IMG/VR virus record: IMGVR_UViG_3300033077_000716
Span: 1 to 32,544 of that record
Origin: a virus
Lineage: Duplodnaviria; Caudoviricetes
Length of the DNA: 32,544 nucleotides
Direction: 5' to 3' (one strand)
The stretch's first letter is position 1; every line of letters starts with the position of its first letter. Under the pieces are notes generated by a model. The model did not search any database, was not told where the DNA came from, and worked only from the letters and a program-made list of their open reading frames with translations. Positions 9,469 through 17,056 of this stretch are shown here, piece after piece. A program made the position numbers and the translations under genes.

Positions 9469-9526
9469 TTAGGTCGGGAGACATTCCCGACGGGTGAAAC
9501 ATACCCTGTCAATCGGTAGGGGGCAA
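9469..9526 (-). promoter_or_regulatory. Early promoter unit, copy 1
   Basis: TTGCCC-17-TATGTT-6 nt, then hairpin GTCGGGA-ATGTC-TCCCGAC and CTAA; the spacer holds an imperfect inverted repeat. Confidence 0.8.
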
Positions 9527-9540
9527 GGGAACGCATCACA

Positions 9541-9570
9541 AAAATAAAAAAACGCCCCGACCTCGGGGCG
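9541..9570 (-). terminator. Rho-independent terminator
   Basis: CGCCCCGA-GG-TCGGGGCG then TTTTTTTATTTTT. Confidence 0.85.
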
Positions 9571-9576
9571 CATGAA

Positions 9577-9810
9577 TTAGGTCAAGTCCTCGAAGCAATC
9601 GTCGCAGAATCGTGGATCGACATTTTCGTCCGTGTCAAACAACGCCCCCACCTCGTTTACGCTGCGGTCCACCAAGTCTTGTGCAACCCCATGCTCGTCA
9701 GTTTCGCGCCTTAACGGCGGCTCTCGGGTCAGCGTTCCGTTGGCCGCTGCCTCACGGGTGCAGTTTGGGCAATGGTTTGCAGCGTCGTATGTGTAGCCAA
9801 TGATTTTCAT
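9577..9810 (-). CDS. Small putative Zn-binding protein (77 aa)
   Basis: AAAAGGA RBS; HCPNC and CDDC motifs. Confidence 0.7.
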   Translation of the reverse strand: MKIIGYTYDAANHCPNCTREAAANGTLTREPPLRRETDEHGVAQDLVDRSVNEVGALFDTDENVDPRFCDDCFEDLT

Positions 9811-9827
9811 GTTTGATCCTTTTGTTT

Positions 9828-10100
9828 TCACTTAGCGTTAGCAATGACTGAGCGGTTGTAGGCCGAAACCAACGCGGTTAACGCCTTATCCTCAGGTGTC
9901 GTAAGCATGAACCGATCCATGCGATCCTTCATCAAGCGGTACTGGGAGTGCGACAACAACGGACCCCAACCCTGCATATCGCGGAATTCTCTTTCCTCGC
10001 GATTGCGACGAACCGTAACGGCGTTGCGAAGGACCGTGCAGGAAGCGAAGAAATCTGAAGCGTTTGCGAGGGCAATTGTTGATTTATTTTCGGCGTTCAT
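9828..10100 (-). CDS. Hypothetical protein (90 aa)
   Basis: ATGA overlap with the upstream gene; GGGG RBS-like sequence. Confidence 0.7.
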   Translation of the reverse strand: MNAENKSTIALANASDFFASCTVLRNAVTVRRNREEREFRDMQGWGPLLSHSQYRLMKDRMDRFMLTTPEDKALTALVSAYNRSVIANAK

Positions 10101-10336
10101 TGATTGACCCCCGAAATCAAGAACCCGTCCATCGTGTGGGGCGCGTAATAGATTGCTCGTCCGTCCGCGAGACTGCCGACATAATCAACATCGTCCACGA
10201 GCGAATCGTCGCACTCAATGTAGGCGGGTAAATAGTCAACCCAAGATCGTGTCTCATTCGCTCGTGATCGAGCAAACGCGATGCTCACATCGTCGATGAT
10301 TTCGGAATCAGTTTTCACTTTGTTTTCTGCGGTCAT
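10097..10336 (-). CDS. Hypothetical acidic protein (79 aa)
   Basis: First gene after promoter unit copy 2. Confidence 0.7.
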   Translation of the reverse strand: MTAENKVKTDSEIIDDVSIAFARSRANETRSWVDYLPAYIECDDSLVDDVDYVGSLADGRAIYYAPHTMDGFLISGVNQ

Positions 10337-10369
10337 GTCTGTCTCGTTTCTGCGACTCTTGTCGCGTTT

Positions 10370-10427
10370 TTAGGTCGGGAAACATTCCCGACGCATAAAC
10401 CATACCCTACTAATCGGTAGGGGTCAA
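10370..10427 (-). promoter_or_regulatory. Early promoter unit, copy 2
   Basis: TTGACC-17-TATGGT-6 nt, then GTCGGGA-ATGTT-TCCCGAC and CTAA; spacer inverted repeat CCCTAC-N6-GTAGGG. Confidence 0.85.
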
Positions 10428-10440
10428 GTTGCAGCGTCAC

Positions 10441-10470
10441 AAAAATAAAAAACGCCCTGACCTCAGGGCG
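10441..10470 (-). terminator. Rho-independent terminator
   Basis: CGCCCTGA-GG-TCAGGGCG then TTTTTTATTTTT; a compensatory variant of the 9541-9570 stem. Confidence 0.85.
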
Positions 10471-10498
10471 CATATTTGAATCAGGGTTAGGCGTTGGG

Positions 10499-10867
10499 TT
10501 AGGCGTTGGGCTTGGGTTTTCGAGTCAATGTCACCGCATCGTGGGGCGTAATCCCGTCGCTCATGTGTGCAATAATTGCGTCCACACGAGTTTGATCCCC
10601 GCGCCACCACTTTGCCCCGTTACAAATCAAAAACATTCGCTCGCCATGCTCGCTGCATTCGTATAAGCCTGCGCTTAGGTCATAGTGGTATGTCCTCATG
10701 TAGCGCGTAGTGTTAAATTTGTCTCGTGTTACTTTTTGAGGGTTGACAAAAACGCGATTGAAGCCCTTGCCCGTCGGGTTAGGGTGAATTTCAGCAAGCC
10801 ATTGCTTCTCCCCTAATTTTCCTGCGTAGCCGCCAATCCCTTGAGTTTGTGTAAGTTCTGTTGTCAT
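10499..10867 (-). CDS. Hypothetical protein (122 aa)
   Basis: Co-oriented ORF ending just before a terminator. Confidence 0.7.
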   Translation of the reverse strand: MTTELTQTQGIGGYAGKLGEKQWLAEIHPNPTGKGFNRVFVNPQKVTRDKFNTTRYMRTYHYDLSAGLYECSEHGERMFLICNGAKWWRGDQTRVDAIIAHMSDGITPHDAVTLTRKPKPNA

Positions 10868-10915
10868 GTGGTGCTTTTTTGTGACGGGTGGGAGAAAACA
10901 ATCGTTCGTGATAAA

Positions 10916-11425
10916 TCACTTAAGGCTGAGTCGTGTGCCTCGCTCGCCAAGCGTGGCCCCGTTTACTGACTCGCCCGCTTCAAGTGCCGCACGAATTGCG
11001 ACCTTGTCAACCGTGATCGTAACGACAGGAACGCGGAACTCCTCAGGCAACTCAGCCTCGTCGCTGATAATGACGGGTACGGCTCCGCCGTTTTTTACGA
11101 CCGACAACGAGAACCGAGCCGTTTGAATCTTCGGCTGTCCCGTTTCCTTCATAGCGTTCATCACCGCCAGTCGCAACCGCGTTGCAAGCGACTCGTCATC
11201 CTGTGCCAGTTTCTTCATTCTCGCGGCCTCTTCGGACCGTCCTGCTGCGCGGCTTTCGCAGGACCGAATCAACGCGGCGTAGTCATCAATCTTCGCGTCG
11301 AACGACTCAATCAACGCGCTCGTGTGTTCCGCGATGGCGGCAGCGGCCTCGTCAGAGGCGTGGCCGTGTTCCTCGAACGCTCCGACGAGTGATTTCAAAT
11401 CTTCGGTGATGGTGTACAGGCTCAT
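10916..11425 (-). CDS. Siphovirus Gp157-family protein (169 aa)
   Basis: MSLYTIT..., KIDDYAALIR, KIQTARFSLSVVKN, LPEEF...VDKVAIRAALEAGESVNGA.L.....L; adjacent to Bet. Confidence 0.88.
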   Translation of the reverse strand: MSLYTITEDLKSLVGAFEEHGHASDEAAAAIAEHTSALIESFDAKIDDYAALIRSCESRAAGRSEEAARMKKLAQDDESLATRLRLAVMNAMKETGQPKIQTARFSLSVVKNGGAVPVIISDEAELPEEFRVPVVTITVDKVAIRAALEAGESVNGATLGERGTRLSLK

Positions 11426-11453
11426 GGTGTCTCGTGTGTTAGAGGGGGGTAAA

Positions 11454-12440
11454 TTACAGAGCAACAAAGTCGCGAATCTGTGGCTGATCTCGGATCTCGG
11501 TCGCCTCACAGAAGCCGACAGCGTTCCACCGCCAAGTCAGTTCAATGTTCGTGTCTGCGGCGACAGTCCACGCGCTCAGGGGACTCGCCGAAACCCACGA
11601 CTGTCCATGCACAGGGTGCGCGCAAAGCAGCGCGTAGCCGTCTCCGCGCTCCACAAGTTTCTCAATCCGCACGACATCAGTCCCTGTCGCAGGCCACTTT
11701 TGTGTTAATTTCGGCTTGGGCTTTGCGACCACAACAACCTTCGATTCAACGGGTACGACTTGCTTTAGGGTCGGCTCCGAGGAAAACATCGAGGGGTCAT
11801 GCTTCGCGCTCGACTTGACTGGGGGGGGCAACAAGAACCCATCGGCGCGGACGGGTACATCGACGGGAGTGACCGCCGCAGGAACCTCAGCCTGTGACAT
11901 TTCCTCACTCGTGTACAACCCCGACAGTTCCGCAGGAAAGGCTTTTCGCAGCGCGAGAGCCTCGCTGCACTTTGCAATCATCAGGCTCGGCATTTTTGCC
12001 CACATCGTCGTGACCCCCCCATTTTTCGTAGTCTGCACATACTCTCGCCACAAGGCAACTGCGTACAGGGGACCCGCAAAACCCTTACGCATCACGCCGA
12101 CGCGAGCCGCTGTTGGCGGCAAGACATCGAGCCACACATCTACCCACTTTCCGTCAGGACCGCACCAGTACGGTCCGTCCTGCCCCGCGTACTCGCCTGA
12201 GCGTTGCGCGACTAACCGCGCCCCATCAATCGAGATTTGAGTCTGCATGATGTTTCGATTTTCCCGAGAATCCCACCGCTGAATCGCGTAGATCTGCCGA
12301 GCAAACGGGTCAAGTCCCGTTCGGTCACAGATGGACGAGAACAACGCCAGTTCATCAGGGTTGCACCCCTTTGCGATGGTGCGCGAGAGCAGATCGACCT
12401 GCTCGGGCGAAAGCCCTGCCTTGATTGTTGCCAGTTCCAT
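11454..12440 (-). CDS. bet: Phage recombination protein Bet (RecT/Redbeta-family ssDNA annealase)
   Basis: [70 protein letters not shown]. Confidence 0.93.
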   Translation of the reverse strand: MELATIKAGLSPEQVDLLSRTIAKGCNPDELALFSSICDRTGLDPFARQIYAIQRWDSRENRNIMQTQISIDGARLVAQRSGEYAGQDGPYWCGPDGKWVDVWLDVLPPTAARVGVMRKGFAGPLYAVALWREYVQTTKNGGVTTMWAKMPSLMIAKCSEALALRKAFPAELSGLYTSEEMSQAEVPAAVTPVDVPVRADGFLLPPPVKSSAKHDPSMFSSEPTLKQVVPVESKVVVVAKPKPKLTQKWPATGTDVVRIEKLVERGDGYALLCAHPVHGQSWVSASPLSAWTVAADTNIELTWRWNAVGFCEATEIRDQPQIRDFVAL

Positions 12441-12455
12441 GCTGTTTTCCTCTAG

Positions 12456-12512
12456 TTAGGTTGGGATCATGCCCAACGGTGTAAATTTACCCTATTAGGA
12501 TATAGGATGCAA
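12456..12512 (-). promoter_or_regulatory. Early promoter unit, copy 3 (diverged), upstream of bet
   Basis: TTGCAT-17-TAAATT-6 nt, then GTTGGG-CATGAT-CCCAAC and CTAA; spacer CCTAT-N6-ATAGG. Confidence 0.75.
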
Positions 12513-12529
12513 GTTTGTTGGCGAGAAAA

Positions 12530-12952
12530 TCAGGTATGCGCCAACACGGAAATGGATGCGCCACTCGCCTCCTCAGCGAGACACCACCGCCGCTCTACAG
12601 AGAGTTTGCCCACCTGCCTGTCGTTTCGGTAGGCAATCCCTGCGAGAGCGTCACACACAGCCCTAGCAAGTTTGTCGCAGTCGGCGTAACGCGGAAGGAC
12701 TGGGGATGACTTCCGCAGCAAGCCGCTCGCGGTGAGGTGTGACGCAGGCCGCGTCCACCGCGCAACGATCCGCACCTCCACATCTTGCTCGTGCATCTGA
12801 ACTCCCGCAGCGACTGCTGAGGCCGCGATAACAGCCCTCCACGGCATCACGCGCTTTGATGCCTCAATCATAATGGTGCGCCCCGAGCGTAGTCGTACTA
12901 GGTTTTTTGACCCTTGTGGCGCAGGGATCCCGTGAGCAAAAAACTCACACAC
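12530..12952 (-). CDS. rusA: RusA-family Holliday junction resolvase
   Basis: G.PAPQGSK, PWR..I, D.DKLARAVCDAL.GIAYRNDRQV with the catalytic Asp/Lys pattern; GTG start. Confidence 0.9.
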   Translation of the reverse strand: MCEFFAHGIPAPQGSKNLVRLRSGRTIMIEASKRVMPWRAVIAASAVAAGVQMHEQDVEVRIVARWTRPASHLTASGLLRKSSPVLPRYADCDKLARAVCDALAGIAYRNDRQVGKLSVERRWCLAEEASGASISVLAHT

Positions 12953-13151
12953 GAGATTGTCTTTTTAATTTTTTGACTTCTGCCTTGAGTGCTTCAATTT
13001 CATCGTGCAGTTTTGCGACATCGTCCGCGCATTCAAAGATAAGGCGGATCGGGATGGCGTAATCGAGTTTGCCAATGATGCCGCTGCGAGTTGGACACAT
13101 TTCAACGCTTGCGCGAACGATCCCCTTAAGGTATTTGAGCGAATCAATCAT
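12945..13151 (-). CDS. Hypothetical protein with C-terminal coiled coil (68 aa)
   Basis: GGAGGA upstream of ATG 13151; overlaps both neighbouring genes. Confidence 0.6.
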   Translation of the reverse strand: MIDSLKYLKGIVRASVEMCPTRSGIIGKLDYAIPIRLIFECADDVAKLHDEIEALKAEVKKLKRQSRV

Positions 13152-13473
13152 TCCGAATCCTCCACACGCGGATGATTCTCCCGTGGGTAGACACGCGAGA
13201 GGACCGCTGCACTTCACCAGTCCACGCAAACCCGCCGCGAAAAACCGCTCCCGCTGCGTTTCCTAAATCCGCGTAATCGAAACCCCTCTCCGCCATGCGT
13301 CGGCAAACGCAATCGCTCGTCACCCACCCCTGCGTGACACAGAGACTCCTCGCGTGTCCCTGTGCGACCCGCAGCAAAGCGTTACGCATCTCGCTTGAAG
13401 ATGCGAGCGCGATACCCGCCTCCATGCGGCGATCCGCCTCGGCGGAATCAAAGAGTGTTTCAAACTGTTGCAT
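13144..13473 (-). CDS. Hypothetical phage protein (109 aa), possibly winged-helix
   Basis: GAGGAG RBS; NAAGAVFR...S.RVSTHGRIIRVW. Confidence 0.7.
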   Translation of the reverse strand: MQQFETLFDSAEADRRMEAGIALASSSEMRNALLRVAQGHARSLCVTQGWVTSDCVCRRMAERGFDYADLGNAAGAVFRGGFAWTGEVQRSSRVSTHGRIIRVWRIRND

Positions 13474-13678
13474 TAGGTGACTCCTCTTTGGTTGGCTCGC
13501 GGCGAATCAAGACCTTGCGGGGAGCAAAAATATGGATACCCGTTTTTCGTCTACCCATCGGTTTGAGTTGAACCGTAATCACCCCATCTGTCGTGTGAAA
13601 AATCAAATGCTCGCGGTCCGAGCGCATGGTCATCACAACACAAGTGATGTCTGTCATGTCGAGAATCGGGAAGGTCAT
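13460..13678 (-). CDS. CsrA/RsmA-like small protein (about 72 aa)
   Basis: VVMTMRSDREHLIF...ITVQL......TGIHIFAPRKVLIRRE parallels the CsrA consensus LILTRR.GE.L.IG..I.V.VL......VRIGI.APK.V.IHREE; ATGA overlap at 13675-78. Confidence 0.6.
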   Translation of the reverse strand: MTFPILDMTDITCVVMTMRSDREHLIFHTTDGVITVQLKPMGRRKTGIHIFAPRKVLIRREPTKEESPNATV

Positions 13679-14067
13679 TCGTAGCACCTCGATCCCGCGT
13701 CAAACTGTGCAGGCAATTGGTCTGTCACGATCACGCGGTACGAGTCGGGTCTACCGACTTCAGGCAACCTGTCCACATCCTCATTGCAAGCCTCGGCCTC
13801 GTCACACGAACGCAGGCGCATACGGATGAAATCTTCCGCCGCCCTACTGGATTCACAAGCGGCAAGACGCTTTACTTTTTCCGCCCCATCCCACGCTGCC
13901 TCTTGAGAGGGAAACTGCGCAAAGCGCACGAGGGTGGTGTCGTATCCGTACCAACCCCCCTCTTCAGGTCCGCCATAGTACTGCTCTCGCAGCATTAAGC
14001 AGACATACCAAGTGGTAGGAGATTTGACATCAAGAAGAGCAGCGTCGAATGCGTCAGAGATATTCAT
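13675..14067 (-). CDS. Hypothetical protein with YGGPEEGGW motif (130 aa)
   Basis: AAAAGGA RBS before ATG 14067. Confidence 0.75.
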   Translation of the reverse strand: MNISDAFDAALLDVKSPTTWYVCLMLREQYYGGPEEGGWYGYDTTLVRFAQFPSQEAAWDGAEKVKRLAACESSRAAEDFIRMRLRSCDEAEACNEDVDRLPEVGRPDSYRVIVTDQLPAQFDAGSRCYE

Positions 14068-14086
14068 TTGAAATCCTTTTGTGAAA

Positions 14087-14116
14087 GCAGGGGTGGGGCC
14101 GAAGCCCCACCCCCGC
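14087..14116 (-). other. Very stable intergenic C(UUCG)G hairpin (attenuator, processing or stability element)
   Basis: Minus strand GCGGGGGTGGGGC-TTCG-GCCCCACCCCTGC followed only by TTT. Confidence 0.7.
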
Positions 14117-14125
14117 GTTGTGGGT

Positions 14126-14545
14126 TTAGGTTGATGACTTGAGAGTGCAGTAGTCTTCGAGTTTTGCCGAGGGGTACAGGATTCCATGCACACGGCACTC
14201 GCGGCCGCGCTCAAGATCCCCAATGGTTTGAATCATGCGGTCCCCAGTAGGGGTGACCCACACAACCCCAAAATGCTTGCGGCCTCGGTAGGATTGTTCG
14301 ACTACACCGCAGTACGCAGCCTGACTTTGGACGAACTCACCCGAGCGAGACATTGCAAGCCGTGCGTCGCTTGTGATTTTCACAACACGCACCTTGCACT
14401 CCGCGTCGATTAAGTCGAGATAGTGATCTCGGCGAGCATTATCCCACGCGAGACTGGCAGCAGTTGCCGCCTCTTTTGCTTTCGTGACTCGCTCCCACGC
14501 AGCCTGACGAGCCTTGCAAACCCTGACAAGTTCCTTGATTTCCAT
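14126..14545 (-). CDS. Hypothetical protein, first early gene (139 aa)
   Basis: AAAGGA RBS before ATG 14545, downstream of promoter unit copy 4. Confidence 0.75.
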   Translation of the reverse strand: MEIKELVRVCKARQAAWERVTKAKEAATAASLAWDNARRDHYLDLIDAECKVRVVKITSDARLAMSRSGEFVQSQAAYCGVVEQSYRGRKHFGVVWVTPTGDRMIQTIGDLERGRECRVHGILYPSAKLEDYCTLKSST

Positions 14546-14562
14546 AACGAAATCCTTTCGTG

Positions 14563-14620
14563 TTAGGTCGGGAAACATTCCCGACCTCCTCTATATACCC
14601 TACTTTGCCGTAGGGCGCAA
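14563..14620 (-). promoter_or_regulatory. Early promoter unit, copy 4
   Basis: TTGCGC-17-TATATA-6 nt, then GTCGGGA-ATGTT-TCCCGAC and CTAA; spacer CCCTAC-N6-GTAGGG; AT-rich UP-like tract at 14627-14650. Confidence 0.8.
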
Positions 14621-14658
14621 TAGCGAAATCTAAAAATAAAAAAAATAGTTTGGTTTGC

Positions 14659-14763
14659 AAAAAGAAAAACCGACCTTGACGGCACGAGGCGGTCAAAGTC
14701 GGTACGCTGTGCGCGGTAGTCGCTTCCTAGAACGGGAAAGGCGACTACCACACATCCTCAAGC
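14659..14763 (-). ncRNA. Candidate small RNA of about 100 nt (long hairpin plus terminator)
   Basis: Extended -10 TGGTATGCT at 14778-14770; stem GGTAGTCGC/GCGACTACC (14715-49); terminator stem 14669-14703 followed by TTTTCTTTTT. Confidence 0.4.
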
Positions 14764-15158
14764 GTGAGCAGCATACCACGCCTCACACGCCGTCTGTCGG
14801 CTACCGCTGCACCACCCGTCGAGGGGTCCGTACTCGGCATCTGTCGCGACTCCCCAGTCGCCTCGTCGTGGAGTCTGACCCTACTCCACGCCGTCGATCC
14901 TCGGATCTACGCGCTCTTGCATCACAGCAGCGGCTGACAACGAAATGGTGGAAGTGATGCCCAAGGAACCTGCTCCGCGACCGTGCGGCTATTCCGTGAC
15001 CTCTGTGCAAGGGGTCATGGTTTCCCCACTCGCTCCCATGTGACTATATCTCTCTCTCTTAAACCGTCAGCCGCGACCCCCCGTAGCCCCTATAGGGCGA
15101 GCGGAGGGGTCAGCGCGGATGATATTCGACTGCGAAACGCCCAAAAATTCCAAATTTG

Positions 15159-15192
15159 TTGACGCATACCCTTCGTCACAGTAGACTGTGAC
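15159..15192 (+). promoter_or_regulatory. Leaderless promoter with palindromic operator over the -10 box
   Basis: TTGACG(15159-64)-17-TAGACT(15182-87)-7 nt-ATG; perfect inverted repeat GTCACAGT-AG-ACTGTGAC (15175-92). Confidence 0.8.
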
Positions 15193-15194
15193 CC

Positions 15195-15452
15195 ATGAAA
15201 CCCGCCAAACTAAACAGCCCTGCCGATTGGAAAATCGCCATGCGGAAACAACTTGCGACTCACGGAGTGAGCCGATACACCTTTGTGCGAAAAGTCTCAG
15301 ACGCAGAAATCTGTGCAGTTCACACCGCCGAATGCCTGCTCGCGGACAGCGAGACAATTACTGGTCAACGCCTACCATCGTTTGGGATGGCGATTGCGAT
15401 GGCAAAACTTGCGGGATTTGACTTTGTGATGGTTCCAAAAAAATCGCCATGA
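15195..15452 (+). CDS. Putative Cro/XRE-like HTH regulator (85 aa)
   Basis: Pattern ...GVSRY.F.R......G.RLPSF..AI.MAKLAGFDF.M; first gene of the rightward arm, with an operator on its promoter. Confidence 0.6.
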   Translation: MKPAKLNSPADWKIAMRKQLATHGVSRYTFVRKVSDAEICAVHTAECLLADSETITGQRLPSFGMAIAMAKLAGFDFVMVPKKSP

Positions 15453-16222
15453 GGACACCGATGCAAGACCAGTACGACCCGCTACCCCTCTTGGAGATGA
15501 TCCGAGTTGACGAGTTTTTGCGAAAATCGTTGTTTGATGCCGTAGAAGATGGCCCCGCAGGTCTTTCGCATTCAACCACACGAGAAATGTGGGAACGATC
15601 CGACCGATTCGACGAATGCAACGAGGCGATATGCCGACACGGCTACAAGGAGTTGTTCCACGGATACCACGCCATTGACATCGAGGGACACACTTATTTG
15701 AGTGAGGGAGATAGAGGAAACAGCATTTTCCGAGTTAAAAAGGACTACTCCTCATTAGGCTTAGGTGATTGCGTCATCCCATCTCTTGAGGTTGAGTCTC
15801 TGACGCAAAACCGCGTCGAGAAATTAATTCGTGGGCGCGTGTTGCAAATCGGAATTTCAGGCAACGGTTGCGTTGTTAAAGATTTCAAAATCCCCGCATT
15901 GTCTTACACTTGTATTGACACCCGCGAATCATGGATCCAACAGGCGCAATTCGAGTTTGGCGCGTATGACGGATGCTTTATCCGTTCGTCATTTGAGGAC
16001 TTTTACCGCGACGGCTACGACACCATATTGTCGTTGTACGGCCAAGCGTCTCAAATCCCGATTGCGCTACTGAACCGCATTCCGTTTATGCTTCGCAGGG
16101 GAGGCATAGCGGTATTAATGTTTAAGCCTGATCGAAACGGACGCGATTTATCGCACGAAAGTTACGAACAACTGGTGGTACGCAGTTGGTACGACATGAC
16201 ACGAGAACAAAGGCGGCAATGA
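15449..16222 (+). CDS. Class I SAM-methyltransferase-like protein, diverged (257 aa)
   Basis: GRVLQIGISGNG (motif I-like), YTCID, YDTILSLYG, MLRRGGIAVLMF. Confidence 0.55.
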   Translation: MRTPMQDQYDPLPLLEMIRVDEFLRKSLFDAVEDGPAGLSHSTTREMWERSDRFDECNEAICRHGYKELFHGYHAIDIEGHTYLSEGDRGNSIFRVKKDYSSLGLGDCVIPSLEVESLTQNRVEKLIRGRVLQIGISGNGCVVKDFKIPALSYTCIDTRESWIQQAQFEFGAYDGCFIRSSFEDFYRDGYDTILSLYGQASQIPIALLNRIPFMLRRGGIAVLMFKPDRNGRDLSHESYEQLVVRSWYDMTREQRRQ

Positions 16223-17049
16223 CACGAAACCCATACAAAATTGATGGCCCATTTGTTATCTCCTACAGCGGCGGTCGCACGAGCGGGTTTATGCTCAAAA
16301 ACATCCTTGATGCATTTGAGGGGCAGATTCCTGACGGTTCTCGGGTTTGTTTTGCTAACACGGGAAAAGAACATCCCGCAACCCTTGAATTTGTTCGCGA
16401 AACCGCAACAAACTGGGGAGTTGAAATTGCATGGGTTGAGCGAGATTTTGATTCTGACGAGGGTTTTCGTGTTGTTGACTATGCCACCGCGTCACGAAAC
16501 GGTGAGCCGTTCGCTCGCATGAACGAAAAGAAAATGTTTCTTCCCAACCCCGTTATGCGGTTCTGCACATCAGAACTTAAAGTCATTGCCATTGCCAAAT
16601 ACTGCAAGTCTGTTGGGGTGGTTGACGCGACAATGATTGTGGGGCTTCGTGCGGATGAACCGCGCCGTGTGCATCGAGTTCAGGGCGACACTCGGCAAGG
16701 TTTTGACTACGACTGCCCTATGGCAAAGGCAGGCCATGTCCTTGCCGATGTGCGAAAGTTTTGGGCCAGTTCACCTTTTGATCTTCGCTTACCAAACGAT
16801 GACCGAGCATTTGGTAACTGTGATTGTTGTTTTTTGAAAGGAACTTCCGTGATCGAGCGCGTGTTGCGTCACGACCCTAAACACGCCGACTGGTGGATTG
16901 CACAGGAAGAAATGGTTGGAGCAAGGTTCCGTAAGGATGCCCCGTCATACAAGTCGGTTTTGCATCAAATCCGCATTCAACCCGAACTATTTGGTCCAAT
17001 AGGAAATCAAGAGGATGACGAGATCATTCCTTGCTCCTGCACCGATTGA
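16219..17049 (+). CDS. PAPS-reductase-family (PP-loop) protein (276 aa)
   Basis: ISYSGGRTSGFML, FANTGKEHPATLEFV, RFCTSELK, GLRADEPRR, GNCDCCFLKG; ATGA overlap. Confidence 0.88.
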   Translation: MTRNPYKIDGPFVISYSGGRTSGFMLKNILDAFEGQIPDGSRVCFANTGKEHPATLEFVRETATNWGVEIAWVERDFDSDEGFRVVDYATASRNGEPFARMNEKKMFLPNPVMRFCTSELKVIAIAKYCKSVGVVDATMIVGLRADEPRRVHRVQGDTRQGFDYDCPMAKAGHVLADVRKFWASSPFDLRLPNDDRAFGNCDCCFLKGTSVIERVLRHDPKHADWWIAQEEMVGARFRKDAPSYKSVLHQIRIQPELFGPIGNQEDDEIIPCSCTD

Positions 17050-17056
17050 AACTACT

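Noticed and set aside
10484-10510. 12-bp tandem duplication GGGTTAGGCGTT across a stop codon
   Set aside because: Two copies only; consistent with simple slippage.
9482-14578. ATG in the loop of each 5' hairpin as a conserved upstream start
   Set aside because: In frame with the downstream gene in two copies, out of frame in one and stopped after four codons in another; good SD-ATG pairs lie downstream.
9469-14620. GTCGGGA...TCCCGAC repeats as a CRISPR array or attC sites
   Set aside because: Copies are 0.9-2 kb apart, sit at a fixed distance from promoter boxes, and no cas or integrase gene is present.
14655-15010. ORFs 14655..14957 (+) and 14801..15010 (-)
   Set aside because: Arg/Ser-rich low-quality translations with TTG starts and no RBS, lying over hairpins; treated as non-coding.
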